This document shows, piece by piece, positions 24,080 through 36,967 of a DNA stretch of 64,000 nt. The position numbers were made by a program, and so were the translations under genes. The notes beneath the pieces were generated by a model. It saw only the letters and a program-made list of their open reading frames with translations, did no database searches and was not told the DNA's origin. The DNA is taken from assembly GCA_951406725.2 (NCBI GenBank), contig OX597835.1, forward strand, positions 32,550,001 to 32,614,000, written 5' to 3'. The DNA is from Octopus vulgaris. Lineage: Eukaryota. Positions within the stretch are counted from its first letter, which is position 1, and each line of letters starts with the position of its first letter.

Positions 24080-25380
24080 TAATAATGCTGTCTACTTTCT
24101 TTACTGAAATACACAGGAGAGTAGAGAGGCCTATACGTTTCTATTTTATTTCAGAGACGTAATTGTAATATATCCATGTGATCTGTACCGTTTTATTTTA
24201 GAACTATTAATGTATCTATACGGACTATGCCATTGTGTGTATTGACATACAAGTGACGAAGTGTACTATACTATTTTATTTCAGAGACAGTTATCTATGG
24301 GAGCACATTCTTTTGTATCGACATACATATATGTCGGTTGATTGCATTACTGTATTGGAAAGGCAAACACGTATATTTATGTGGCTTGGAATATTCTATT
24401 GTATAGACAAATACGTGGCGATGTGGACTCTACCATTCTGTTGTATAGGCAGAGCGTAGCTGTGTGGACTCTACCATTCTGTTGTGTAGGCAAACAAGTA
24501 TATTTATGTTGCTTGGACCATTCTATTCTATAGACGAATAAGTGGCTATGTGAACTCTACCATCCTGTTGCATAGACAAATACGTAGTTGTGTGGACTCT
24601 ACCATTATGTTGTATAGACAAACACGCATATTCATGTGGCTTGGAATATTCTGTTGTATAGACAGATACGTAGCTATGTGGACTCTACCATTCTGTTGTA
24701 TAGGTAGAACGTAGCTGTGTGGACTCTACCATTCTGTTGTGTAGGCAAACAAGTATATTTATGTGGCTTGGAATATTCTGTTGCATAGACAAATACGTAG
24801 CTGTGTGGACTCTACCATTCTGCGGTATAGGTAGAACGTAGCTGTGTGGACTCTACCATTCTGTTGTGTAGGCAAACAAGTATATTTATGTTGCTTGGAC
24901 CATTCTGTTGCATAGGCAGAACGTAGTTGTGTGGACTCTACCATTCTGTTGTATAGACAGATACGTAGCTATGTGGACTCTACCATTCTGCGGTATAGGT
25001 AGAACGTAGCTGTGTGGACTCTACCGTTCTGTTGTGTAGGCAAACAAGTATATTTATGTGGCTTGAACCGTTCTGTTGTATAGACAAATACGTGGCTATG
25101 TGGACTCTACCATCCTGTTGAGTAGGCAAACACGCATATTCATGTGGCTTGGAATATTCTGTTGTATAGACAGATACGTAGCTAGGTGGATTCTACTATT
25201 CTGTTGTATGGGGAGATACGTAGCTATGTGGACTCTACCATTCTGTTGTATAGATAAATATGTGGCTATGTGGACTACAATTCTATTGTATAGGCAGAAC
25301 GTAGCTATGTGGACTCTACCATTTTATTGTGAAGGCATACATGTACGTATCTACGTGGAATGTACCACTGTATTTTGCTG
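24080..25380. repeat. 41-44-bp minisatellite with a ~127-bp higher-order unit
   Basis: Core TGTGGACTCTACCATTCTGTTGTATAG; a 44-bp variant (..TATTTATGTGGCTTGGAATATTC..) recurs roughly every third unit; edges are degenerate. Confidence 0.9.
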
Positions 25381-25719
25381 AGGTAGTTTGGTTTGCTACA
25401 GCATGAGAATAAAACATCTCACATGACTTTATACACCGTTTTTATTATATGTGTGTGTATGTGTGTGTGTGTGCGCGTGTGTGTGTGTTGGTATACTCTT
25501 TTACTCCTTTACTTGTTTCAGTCATTTGACTGTGGCCATGCTGGAGCACCACCTTTAGTCGAGCAAATCAACTACAGGACTTATTCTTTGTAAGCCTAGT
25601 ACTTATTCTATCGATCTCTTTTGCCGAACCGCTAAGTTACGGGGACGTAAACACACCAGCATCGGTTGTCAAGCAATGTTGGGGGGGGGACAAACACAGA
25701 CACACAAATACACACACAT

Positions 25720-25760
<41 letters not shown>

Positions 25761-26552
25761 CGACGGACTTCTTTCAGTTTCCGTCTACCAAATCCACTCA
25801 CAAGGCTTTGGTCGGTCTGAGGCTATAGCAGAAGACACATGACCAAGGTGCCATGCAGTGGGACTGAACCCGGAACCATGTGGTTGGTAAGCAAGCTACT
25901 TACCACACAGCCACTCCTACGCCTACGTATGTGTATCCATGCAATTACTGCCCACATATATTTCAGATTTCTCCAATAGTTTGCAAAGTAAATTAACACC
26001 AGTTAGTGTTAAAACCAATAGCAGTTAATTAATGCTACCAATATTGACTGTATTTCACACCAAGCAGGAATTTAGACTCCACTCTTATCTATCTGGACAG
26101 ACACATCTAATCCGATCATCAACACCTTAACATATTCATATAGATTTATTACTAATCGCCTGCCCTATTTTATTTTATATCATCGGTGCGGTATTTCTTC
26201 CACCTCTTTACGTTAATATTTCATATTCCTCCGAAGTCGACTTTGCTTTTCGTCCTTTCGAGATCGATAAAATGAATACAAGTTGAGTACTGGAATTGAC
26301 GTAATCGATTTGCTTCTTCCCGTTAGAATTGCTCTCTTTTACTCTTTTACTTGTTTCAGTCATTTCACTGCGGCCATGCTGGAGCACCGCCTTTAATCGA
26401 GCAACTCGACCCCGGGACTTATTCTTTTGTAAGCCCAGTACTTATTCTATCGTTCTCTTTTGCCGAACCGCTAAGTAACGGCAACATAAACACACCAGCA
26501 TCGGTTGTCAAGCAATGCTAGGTGAACAAACACAGACACACAAACACACACA

Positions 26553-26602
<50 letters not shown>

Positions 26603-26607
26603 GAAGG

Positions 26608-26658
26608 AGCTTCTACAGGACTAGTACTGTTTCATTCAAGAGAAATCTTCAGGAAGCT
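26608..26658 (-). ncRNA. Type I hammerhead ribozyme motif
   Basis: Exact reverse complement of 30180-30230. Confidence 0.7.
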
Positions 26659-27161
26659 ATTTAACAAGAATTGTATTAGCATTTATACATTTAGGCAGGT
26701 TTAAAGGAGTGGTGGTGGGGGACTTTTTGGGGGTAGGCATAGCGCAAAATATCATACTTGGGGGAGTGGTCAAGGAGTCAGTGGTAAGTTAGATGAAAGA
26801 ATAGATAAATAAAAAAATAAAAAAATAAAATTGCATGCATAAGAAGTATGCGAACTACAAGAACTATAGACCTACCCGGCAACCTGATTGATGACAACCC
26901 CCCTACAACCCCCCTACACCCCCCCTACACCCCCCCCATACACCCCCCCCTACACCCCCCCCAACCCCACTGTTCCCATAGCACCCCCGATTACCTTTTC
27001 TCCTAAGACCTTTCACATATTATATGTGCACGCTTGTATATGTGTATCGTATGTATGTATGTATATATGTATAGAAATGCATGGGTACAGTAGGAATATA
27101 CGCATGTATTATGTGTGTGTGTGTGTATGTATGCATGTAAAAATATATATGTATATATATT

Positions 27162-27210
<49 letters not shown>

Positions 27211-27579
27211 GCTTGTATGTGTGTGTGTGTGTATATGTGTATATGTGTTTGTATGTATATGTGTATATATGTATATGCATATGTATGTGTAAATGTATGT
27301 GCTTATGTATGTGTATGTATGTATAAAATATTATATAATTAGGGCTTAGGAAAATAAAATAAATTACTCTGCCACATACTAAACTTTCTAGAAATAGCAG
27401 CCAATAAAGTTTTTTAGCCTCTTCCACTACTTAGAGAATTTTTTTCCCTCTAACATTGTTTACTCAAAATAATAATGGTCCCTTTACATACTGAACACTT
27501 GATGAAATTGATTAATAACTAATTAACTTTACCCTCCCTTGTTGATATATATATACATATGTATATGTGTACATGTATG

Positions 27580-27612
<33 letters not shown>

Positions 27613-27630
27613 ACATGTATGTGTACATGT

Positions 27631-27668
<38 letters not shown>

Positions 27669-28162
27669 ATGTATGTATTTGTATATGTGTGTGTGTATAT
27701 GTATGTGTGCGCGTGTGTGTGTATGTATGTGTATGTATACTTGTATATGTATATGCATGAATGTATATATATGTGTGTGTATATGTGTATTATGTATGTA
27801 TTTATATAGATATGTAGTTTATATATATATATGTATGTATATGCATCTGTCTGTGTGTGTGTATGTGTATATATGTGTATCATTTTTGCGTATGTATACA
27901 TGTATATGTGTATATGTATGTGTGTGTGTGTGTGTATATATGTATATATATGTATATGTGTATATATATGTATATATATATGTATGCATACGTATGTGTA
28001 TGTACATGTATATATGTATGTGTGTATATGTATATATGTTTATATATGTGAGTATGTAGTGATATAAGTATATGCATGTGTATGTATGGGTATGTGTATC
28101 AGTGTATATGTATATATGTATGTGTGTGTGTATGTATATGTATGTATATGTGTATATATGTA

Positions 28163-28197
<35 letters not shown>

Positions 28198-28262
28198 GTG
28201 TATATGTGTGTATGTATGTGTATGTGTATGTATGTGTGTATATATATCTATATATGTATATA

Positions 28263-28310
<48 letters not shown>

Positions 28311-28587
28311 TGCGTGTGTGTATGTATGCATATATGTATGTATGCATGTATATGTGTATCTATATATATGTGTGTAAGTGTGTGCATATATGTATTTGTA
28401 AGTATGTGTGCGCGTATGAGTATGTATGTATGCTTGCACACGTGTATATATATGTGTGTGTGTGTATATATATGGATGCGCGTGCGTGTGTGCACGTGTA
28501 TGGGTACGCATGTATATGTGTATGTCCGTGTATGCGTATACGTGTATGTATGTATGTGTGTGCGTAGATTTGTATATGTATGTGTGA

Positions 28588-28624
<37 letters not shown>

Positions 28625-28804
28625 TATAGATGGGTGTGTGTATGCGTATAAATGCATGTAAGTATGGATGTATGGATGTATGTATGTATGTATACGTATG
28701 TATGTGTGTATGTGTGTATGTATATATATATGTGTGTATATATGTTTGTGTATGTATATATATGTGTATGTATGTGTGTGTATATGTATGTGTGTATGTG
28801 TATG

Positions 28805-28844
<40 letters not shown>

Positions 28845-29724
28845 TATGTATCTGTATGTAGGAGTATATATGTGTGTGTGTGTATGTATATGCGGGTATA
28901 TATATATATATATGTATATTTATTGGTGTATATGTATAGACTAGCCTCCTAAAGTGTAGACACGAATCTGTAGGTACGAGTACGTATGTGTATATACGTG
29001 AACGTATGTAGATGTTTGTATGTATGAATATAACGCGTGCGTACGTGTATGTGTATGAGTGTACGAATGGGTGAATGTACGTGCTAATGAGTGTGCGTGC
29101 GGGAATGAGTACTTGCCTTCTAGTAGACAGACAAATGGACATGCAGCCATTGCCAGGATTCTTAGCCCTAGCGATCAAAGATAACTAAAGTAATAAATGA
29201 AGATAATAAAATTAAAATTAGGGAATGGGCCTGTATTGGATTGTATATATATATATATGTATATGTATATTTGTATGTATGTATGTGTGTATGTGTAGGT
29301 ATGTATAGGTACACATGTGTATGTGTATGTGTATGTATATATGTGTGTATGTATGTATGTGCACACATGTATATATATGTATGCGTGTATATGTTTATAT
29401 ATATATATGTGTACATAGGTGTATGTGGGTGTATGTATATATAGGTGTAAATATGTGTATATAGGGAACTAGGTGTGTTGTGTGTGCATGAGTGTATGTG
29501 CGTATGAATATATATTTTTATGTGTATATATGTATGTGTGGTCGTGGGTATATATATATATATATATACATGTGTGTATGCGTGCATGCATGGGAGTGAG
29601 TGTATGCATATATACGTGTGTGTATGTGTAGACAGGTATAGGCATGTGCATGTGTATAAATTTGTATATGTGGGCGGGTGTATGTATGTGTGTATGTAGA
29701 TATGTATGTATGTGTGTACATATG

Positions 29725-29777
<53 letters not shown>

Positions 29778-30179
29778 ATATATATGTGTATGTATGTATG
29801 TGTGTGTAGATACGTATACATGTGTGTATAGGTATAAGTGAGAATCTCCTTATTTACCTATAACTCTATCCCCCCTTTTTTTATATATATATTTTTTTAT
29901 ATATATATTTTATATATATATTTTTTTATATATATTTTTTATATTTTTTATTTTTTTATTTTTTTAATTTTATTTTATTTATTTATTTTTTTATTTTTTA
30001 TTTATTTATTTATTTTTTTATTTTTTTATTTATCTATTCTTTCATCTAACTTACCACTGACTCCTTGACCACTCCCCCAAGTATGATATTTTGCGCTATG
30101 CCTACCCCCAAAAAGTCCCCCACCACCACTCCTTTAAACCTGCCTAAATGTATAAATGCTAATACAATTCTTGTTAAAT

Positions 30180-30230
30180 AGCTTCCTGAAGATTTCTCTT
30201 GAATGAAACAGTACTAGTCCTGTAGAAGCT
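30180..30230 (+). ncRNA. Type I hammerhead ribozyme motif
   Basis: AGCTTC CTGAAGA TTTC-TCTT-GAAT GAAA CAG-TACTAGTC-CTG TA GAAGCT: 6-bp stem I, GUA cleavage triplet; stem II closing pair is U-U rather than G-C. Confidence 0.7.
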
Positions 30231-30313
30231 CCTTCTATATAATAAATTAATTTTACTCTGCTATGTATTGAGTACCTTACTTACTGTGGTTAACCCCGAA
30301 TCAACCCGGGACC

Positions 30314-30371
<58 letters not shown>

Positions 30372-31099
30372 TACGATGGGCTTCTTTCAGTTTCCGTCTA
30401 CCAATTCCACTCACAAGGCTTTGGTCGGCCCGAGGCTATAGTAGAAGACACTTGCCCAAGGTGCCACGCAGTGGGACTGAACCCGGAGCCATGTGGTTGG
30501 TAAACAAGAAACTTACCACACAGCCACTCCTGCGCCTGTTTTTTTTTTAAAAATCAAAATTTGAAATAGCTTTTATCACCAGTATTTCATTACGTGTAAG
30601 GTGGCGAGCGGGCAGAATTGGTACCGGACAAAATGCTTAGCAGCATTTCGTCCGTCCTCATCTTCTGAGTCAATGTGATCAACTTACCTTCCTCTCCACC
30701 ATAAAAAATTGCTGGCCTTGTGCTACAATTTCAAATCAAGATTTTATTATGCGTTGGTGAAGTGTGGGTGAACGGTTAAGAAGTTCTTTTCGTGATCGCG
30801 AGTTCGATTCCCTTGGCTGGTATGTTAGACAAATGTAATTTCTTTTTGCAGCTAGACTCCGCTCATAGTACAGGAAACTGTGTGGAAGCTCACAGAAAAG
30901 ATTGTATGTATAATTCTAAAACAAAACCTTGCCTGGCGGAGCGACAAGAAGCTTCTTTTCCAACCACATGGTTCTGGGTTCAGTTCCACAGCATGGGACC
31001 TTGGGCAAGTGCTTTCTACGATAGCCTAGGGCCGACCAAAGCCTTGTGAGTGGATTTGGTAGACAGAAACTGAAAGAAGCCCGTCGTATATATATGCAT

Positions 31100-31193
<94 letters not shown>

Positions 31194-31205
31194 ATATATA
31201 TATAT

Positions 31206-31258
<53 letters not shown>

Positions 31259-31293
31259 CATGTATATATATATATACACATATGTATATATAT

Positions 31294-31351
<58 letters not shown>

Positions 31352-32013
31352 TTTATATAAATATATATATATATATTTATATATATATATGTGTGTGTAT
31401 GCATGTATATACCTATGTATATATGTTTTGATAACTGGTGTCGGTGAGTTTATGTCCTGTAGGTTAGCGGTTCGGCAAAAGAAGACCGACAGAATAAGTA
31501 CCTGGCTTTAAAAAAATGTTCTTCATGTGATACATTTGACTATAAACTCTTCAAGGCGGTGCCCCAGTATAGCTGCAGTCTAATGACTGAAACAAATAAA
31601 AGATAAAAGATATCTGTAAAATGGTAGGAGTACTGCAGGCGAATTCAGGAGCAGGTAATTCAGTTCACAGAACAGATGGATCCTCATTGTCGAACGACGA
31701 AGATCGACTGACGCCATTATACCGCGTCCCTGCTCACTTTGTTTTCTTGGATACGTAAACTAGTGCTCGCATATCTTTTATCGCTTACTTGTTTCAGTCA
31801 TTGAACTGCGGCCAAGCTGGGGCACCGACTTCAAAGGGTTTAGTCGAACAAATCGACCCCAGTACATTCTGAAATCTGGTACTTATTCGATCGGTGTCTT
31901 TTGCTGAGATTTTATGCTATGAGAACGTAAATAAACCGCTTCACAGGCTTCATAGAGATACCAGGCACACACACACACATATATATGTATGTATGTATAT
32001 ATGTATATATATT

Positions 32014-32052
<39 letters not shown>

Positions 32053-32386
32053 ATGTATATATGTATATATATATATTTATATATATATATATTTATATAG
32101 TAACAATATAGGGTGAAATTAATTAATTTGGAATAATTATTAATTACACCAAGTAGATTTCGGCATGTAAAAGCCTCATTCGAGGAAACTTTAAGTAATA
32201 CTAAGCAATTAAGGGTTTAGCAACGAATTGCCTCACCACACACCGAATTTAGAAATAGCAGTCAAAGAGTTATAGCTATTCTTTCTACTAAAAGGAGATC
32301 TCAGTAAAAACACAGCACTTGAATGGCAAACACAGACAGGTAAGAGAGAATGAAATGACGGCAATCTATCATACAATTTTAAGTCA

Positions 32387-32477
32387 CCTACGGACGTACG
32401 TTTCGAAATTAAGTTTTAGGAAAGCATAAGAATTAGATAATTATATCTTACCCAACTTCATTTCTCATCAGCGTAGG
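32387..32477 (-). ncRNA. Type I hammerhead ribozyme, canonical core
   Basis: CCTACG CTGATGA GAAATGAAGTT..AACTTAATTTC GAAA CGTACG TC CGTAGG. Confidence 0.88.
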
Positions 32478-33024
32478 ACACTACAATTATGAATAATTGT
32501 ATATTAAATTTCGAGATACTAGAAGGCATCATCGCAACTCAGTATCAGAGCGAGCTAAAAGCTGTTACCAGTATCACCAAATTCAAAGTGTGAATGAAAG
32601 TTTGTGTCACCAGCCCCTTCCCACCCGCATGTTGCCAAGACAGCTATAACTCTTTGACTGCTATTTCTAAATTCGGTGTGTGGTGAGGCAATTCGTTGCT
32701 AAACCCTTAATTGCTTAGTATTACTTAAATTTTCCTCGAATGAGGCTTTTACATGCCGAAATCTACTTGGTGTAATTAATAATTATTCCAAATTAATTAA
32801 TTTCACCCTATATTGTTACTGATAACCATATTTCATCCCAGTAAATGACCGCAGCATCTTGTCTTGGCTACACGCGGGTGGGAAGGGGCTGGTGACACAA
32901 ACTTTCATTCACACTTTGAATTTGGTGATACTGGTAACGGCTTTTAGCTCGCTCTGATACTGAGTTGAGATGATGCCTTCTAGTATCTCGAAATTTAATA
33001 TACAAGTATTCATAATTGTAGTGT

Positions 33025-33115
33025 CCTACGCTGATGAGAAAAGAAGTTGGGTAACATATAATTATCTAATTCTTATGCTTTCCTAAAACTTAATTTCGAA
33101 ACGTACATCCGTAGG
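33025..33115 (+). ncRNA. Type I hammerhead ribozyme, stem III point variant
   Basis: CCTACG CTGATGA GAAAAGAAGTT..AACTTAATTTC GAAA CGTACA TC CGTAGG. Confidence 0.8.
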
Positions 33116-33306
33116 TGACTTAAAATTGTATGATAGATTGCCGTCATTTCATTCTCTCTTACCTGTCTGTGTTTGCCATTCAAGTGCTGTGTTTTTACTG
33201 AGATCTCCCTTTTAGTAGAAAGAATAGCTATAACTCTTTGACTGCTATTTCTAAATTCGGTGTGTGGTGAGGCAATTCGTTGCTAAACCCTTAATTGCTT
33301 AGTATA

Positions 33307-33369
<63 letters not shown>

Positions 33370-33525
33370 ATGTATATATATATATATATATATACAGTAA
33401 AACCGTGATATACGAGTTAATTCGTTCCCGGAGAACACTCGTAATGCGAAAACCCGTAAACAGAAAAAGACTCGTAAAAACTCGCAAACATGGGGTCTCG
33501 GAAAGCGGGTCCTCATAAAGTGAGG

Positions 33526-33927
33526 ACCCCACAAGGGGCTAAACATAGAAGTGACAAACAAGGACAGACAAACGGATTAAGTCGATTATATCGATCTCAG
33601 TGCGTAACTGGTACTTATTTAATTGATCCCGAAAGGATGAAAGGCAAAGTCGACATCGGCGGAATTTGAACTCAGAACGTAACAGCGGACGAAATACCTA
33701 TTTCTATTTCTTTACTACCCACAAGGGGCTAAACACAGAGGACAAACAAGGACAGACAAACGGATTAAATCGATTACATTGACCCCAGTGCATAACTGGT
33801 CCTTAATTTATCGACCCCGAAAGGATGACAGGAAAAGTCGACCTCGGCGAAATTTGAACACAGAACGTAGCGGCAGACGAAATACCGCTAAGCATTTCGC
33901 CCGGTGTGCTAACGATTCTGCCAGCTC
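33526..33927 (-). mobile_element. SINE family B dimer (Nin-like domain, Tx1-like tail)
   Basis: GTCGACTTTGCCTTTCATCCTTTCGGG domain occurs twice. Other B copies at approx 5775-5925, 38878-39117, 43645-43865, 44630-44867, 45553-45975, 52192-52425 and 61700-62130. Confidence 0.88.
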
Positions 33928-34639
33928 ATAAAGTGAGGTATAGTCGGTTTGTCTGTTCCTTCTCGAGCCATGTTTGTGTCATAACGGTCGGTTTCCTGGT
34001 TTCGTTGCCGTCGCAGGTGTGCTGCAAGATGCAGGAGGAAAGAGTGAGAGAAAGTTGTGGCGAAAGAGTCAGCAGAAGTTCGCCATTACCTTCTGCCGAA
34101 GCCGCGCGGAGCTTAAGTGTTTCGCTCATAAACACACACACATCGCCCGGTCTGAGATTCGAACCCGCGATCCCTCGACCGCGAGTCCGCTGCTCTAACC
34201 ACTAGGCCATGTGCCTCCACTATAGTCGGTCTGAAGAACGTTAAATATTTTTACACCAGAAATTTTTCTATTCTAATCAAAAATTCCTGGGAGAACTTTT
34301 GACCCATTTCATTATACACATTTGAATGTAGAGTGTTTATGAAAAATAAATAGGTGAACATTTTTTGACTTAAATATTTTGGTAGCAAATAATGAACTGA
34401 AATTGAAAAATAACACATTTTCTCTGAATTCAGTGAATGAAATTTAGATGACCAAGTTAAAGTACAACGAATATGATTCACGCGTTTTCTTGCTTTCTAT
34501 CTCGATATGTTTCGTGATTTTATTGAAAAAAAGCAAAAAATAAATTATTGACCTGACTCAATCTTTGAATGGTGTTAAAAACAAACGAAAGAAAACGAAA
34601 CAAAAAAACGAAAAAAGAAAAAAAAGAAACGTGGCTAAA

Positions 34640-34969
34640 CACATACACGGACAAACAAACATATACATGCACACACATTCACATACATATACGCAGTATA
34701 TACAGATACAAACGCATACTCACACACGCGCTAACATACACATTCACACACGTTCACTTACATATACACATTATATACATATACAATCGCATACACACAC
34801 ACGTAAACATACACATACACACACGTTCACACACACACACACACACATATATATACGTACGAACGCCCGCACACACATCATACACTAACATACACACACA
34901 CACACACACGCAAACATACACATTCACCCTCGTTCACATACACACACATACACACACACATACACACAT

Positions 34970-35004
<35 letters not shown>

Positions 35005-35275
35005 CGTACAAACGCCCGCACACACATCATGCACTAACATACACACACACACACACATATGTACATACAAACGCCCGCACACACATCATACACTAACATA
35101 CACACACACACACGCACGCACATACACATGCGCGCATACACACATATACAGGGTTACTACCAATTCAGATATGCTTGGGGCAAATTTAAAACCATAAGAA
35201 AGCCATTAACGGTGTATGTGTGTGTGTGTGAGTATGTACACACACACACACATATGTACACGCATATACACACAA
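34640..35275. repeat. CA-rich degenerate tandem repeat with recurring ACGTTCAC / AACGCCCGCACAC units
   Basis: Read directly from the sequence. Confidence 0.8.
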
Positions 35276-36536
35276 TGGATTAGTAACCTATTGTTAAAAG
35301 GTTTGTTAGGTGACATCCTGTCCAGTGTCATAGTAGTCAGGGCGTGTGCCGCTCACGGCAGCTCTTGAGGTTTTCTTCCCCACCTGCCTCGCCCCATATA
35401 CAGCAGAGCCAAAGCAAAAGTGTCAACCCCAGGATCGAACCGTCCACCTGCTGCTCCAAACTACGCTCCTGGTAGTATCTAATCCAAAGGAGTGTAATCC
35501 TCTATCCACAGTAATAACATTGTCACGATGAATCCCCTTGAAGGGATATGAATTGACAGAATTGTCAGAGCGTCGAACAAAATGCTTTTTGGCATTTTTC
35601 AGCCTTTAATGTTCTAATTTCAAGTCCAGGCGAGGTCAGCTTTGACTTTTGTTTTTCCGAATTCGATCGAAACCGCGATTCCCCCACCGCGTGTCCGCTG
35701 CCCTAACCATTGGGCCATTGCGCCTCCACTGCTGTTGCTGCTGCTGTTGTTGCTGTTGTTGTTACACTTGTTGCAATGGCTGTTGTTGTTGTTGTAGTTG
35801 TTAATGTTATTACTGCTGTGGTCGTTGCCTCTGATGTTCTATAATCGTAAGTCGCCATTATTGCTGTTGTTGTTTCGGCAGAGACACAATAAAGCACAAT
35901 TCCCCACCTCCAAACACCATCACATGTTGTTGATGGGGTCGTTCATCAAGCATAAAAGATGCTGTGATTAAATAGAATATTTGTATCAACTTTTTGTTGT
36001 TGCTACTCTTGTTGTTGGTGTTGAACCCAGATAACAAAACACGAAGAAAAACATGAAAAAAAAAAAACGAGGATCATAAAAGTCGTAGAGCAAAAGCCAT
36101 AAAAGCCGTGTTTTATCTCGCTGGGATGGACCAGCGGACACTGGAATGCTCTAAGGATTTCTTATCAGCAGAATATGCCAGAGATGGCTTAACCGCTGAG
36201 TGCTGGGATAACTTAATAAACTGATGTAAGGGAGTAGGATGATCCATTTTCGAAAAACTTCGTGGATTGAAACAGGATTCGGGAGTAAGACTTGTCTTTG
36301 TTGTGGTAAATGGAATAATAGAGAATAGATAACGGAACGTTATAGAATTATTAGAATATTAGATTTTCCGGAGCAGCATGTAGAAAGGTTGACGAAAAAC
36401 TTTGAGACAGTGAGGCTTGTAGAAATGAGAAGCTCTTGTTTATAACTTTTGTAAGCAAACTTTTCGCTGATCCGTGCTGATATCTGCCAACCGACAATAA
36501 TTAATGATGTGCACGATAAACAATGAGACTCAAAAC

Positions 36537-36967
36537 AAGGAGGCGAGCTGGCAGAAACGTGAGTTCAAATTCCACCGAGGTCGACTTTGCCTTTCATCCT
36601 TTCCAGGTCGATAAATTAAGTACCAGCTAATCACTGGGATCGATATAATCGACTTAATCCGTTTGTCTGTCCTTGTTTGTTCTCTCTGCGTTTAGCCCCC
36701 TTGTGGGTAGTAAAGAAATAGATATCTATATAAAGGCGGCGTGCTGGCAGAAACGTTAGCACGGCGGACGAAATGCGTAGCCGTATTTTGTCTGCCATTA
36801 CTTTCTGAGTTCGAATTCCGCCGAGGTCGACTTTGCCTTTCATCCTTTCGGGGTCGATAAATTAAGTACCAGTTAATCACTGGTTGTCTATGTAATCGAC
36901 TTAATACATTTGTCTGTCCTTGTTTGTCCCCTCTATGTTTAGCCCCGTGTGTGTAATAAAGAAAGAG
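36537..36967 (+). mobile_element. Two family B SINE units inside one 14-bp TSD
   Basis: ATGAGACTCAAAAC at 36523-36536 and 36968-36981. Confidence 0.85.

Larger units (their letters stand above)
26597..30315 (+). mobile_element. Non-coding hammerhead-bearing fold-back insertion (PLE-type) inside the (TA)n of a family A SINE
   Basis: 26597-26830 is the reverse complement of ~30010-30242; SINE halves at 26333-26560 and 30365-30538. Confidence 0.8.
32099..33305. mobile_element. Retrozyme-like element: 584-nt permuted monomer plus an inverted copy, in (TA)n
   Basis: 32642-32721 is repeated at 33226-33305; 32099-32642 is the reverse complement of 32860-33225 joined to 32642-32820. Confidence 0.85.

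Noticed and set aside
24361-25330. Tandem array as a CRISPR array or C2H2 zinc-finger exon
   Set aside because: No unique spacers and a eukaryotic context; 41- and 44-bp units break the frame and there is no CxxC..HxxxH pattern.
26888-26995. Pro-rich ORF start (PPYTPP repeats)
   Set aside because: A C-rich simple repeat inside the hammerhead element that runs into microsatellite; no coding evidence.
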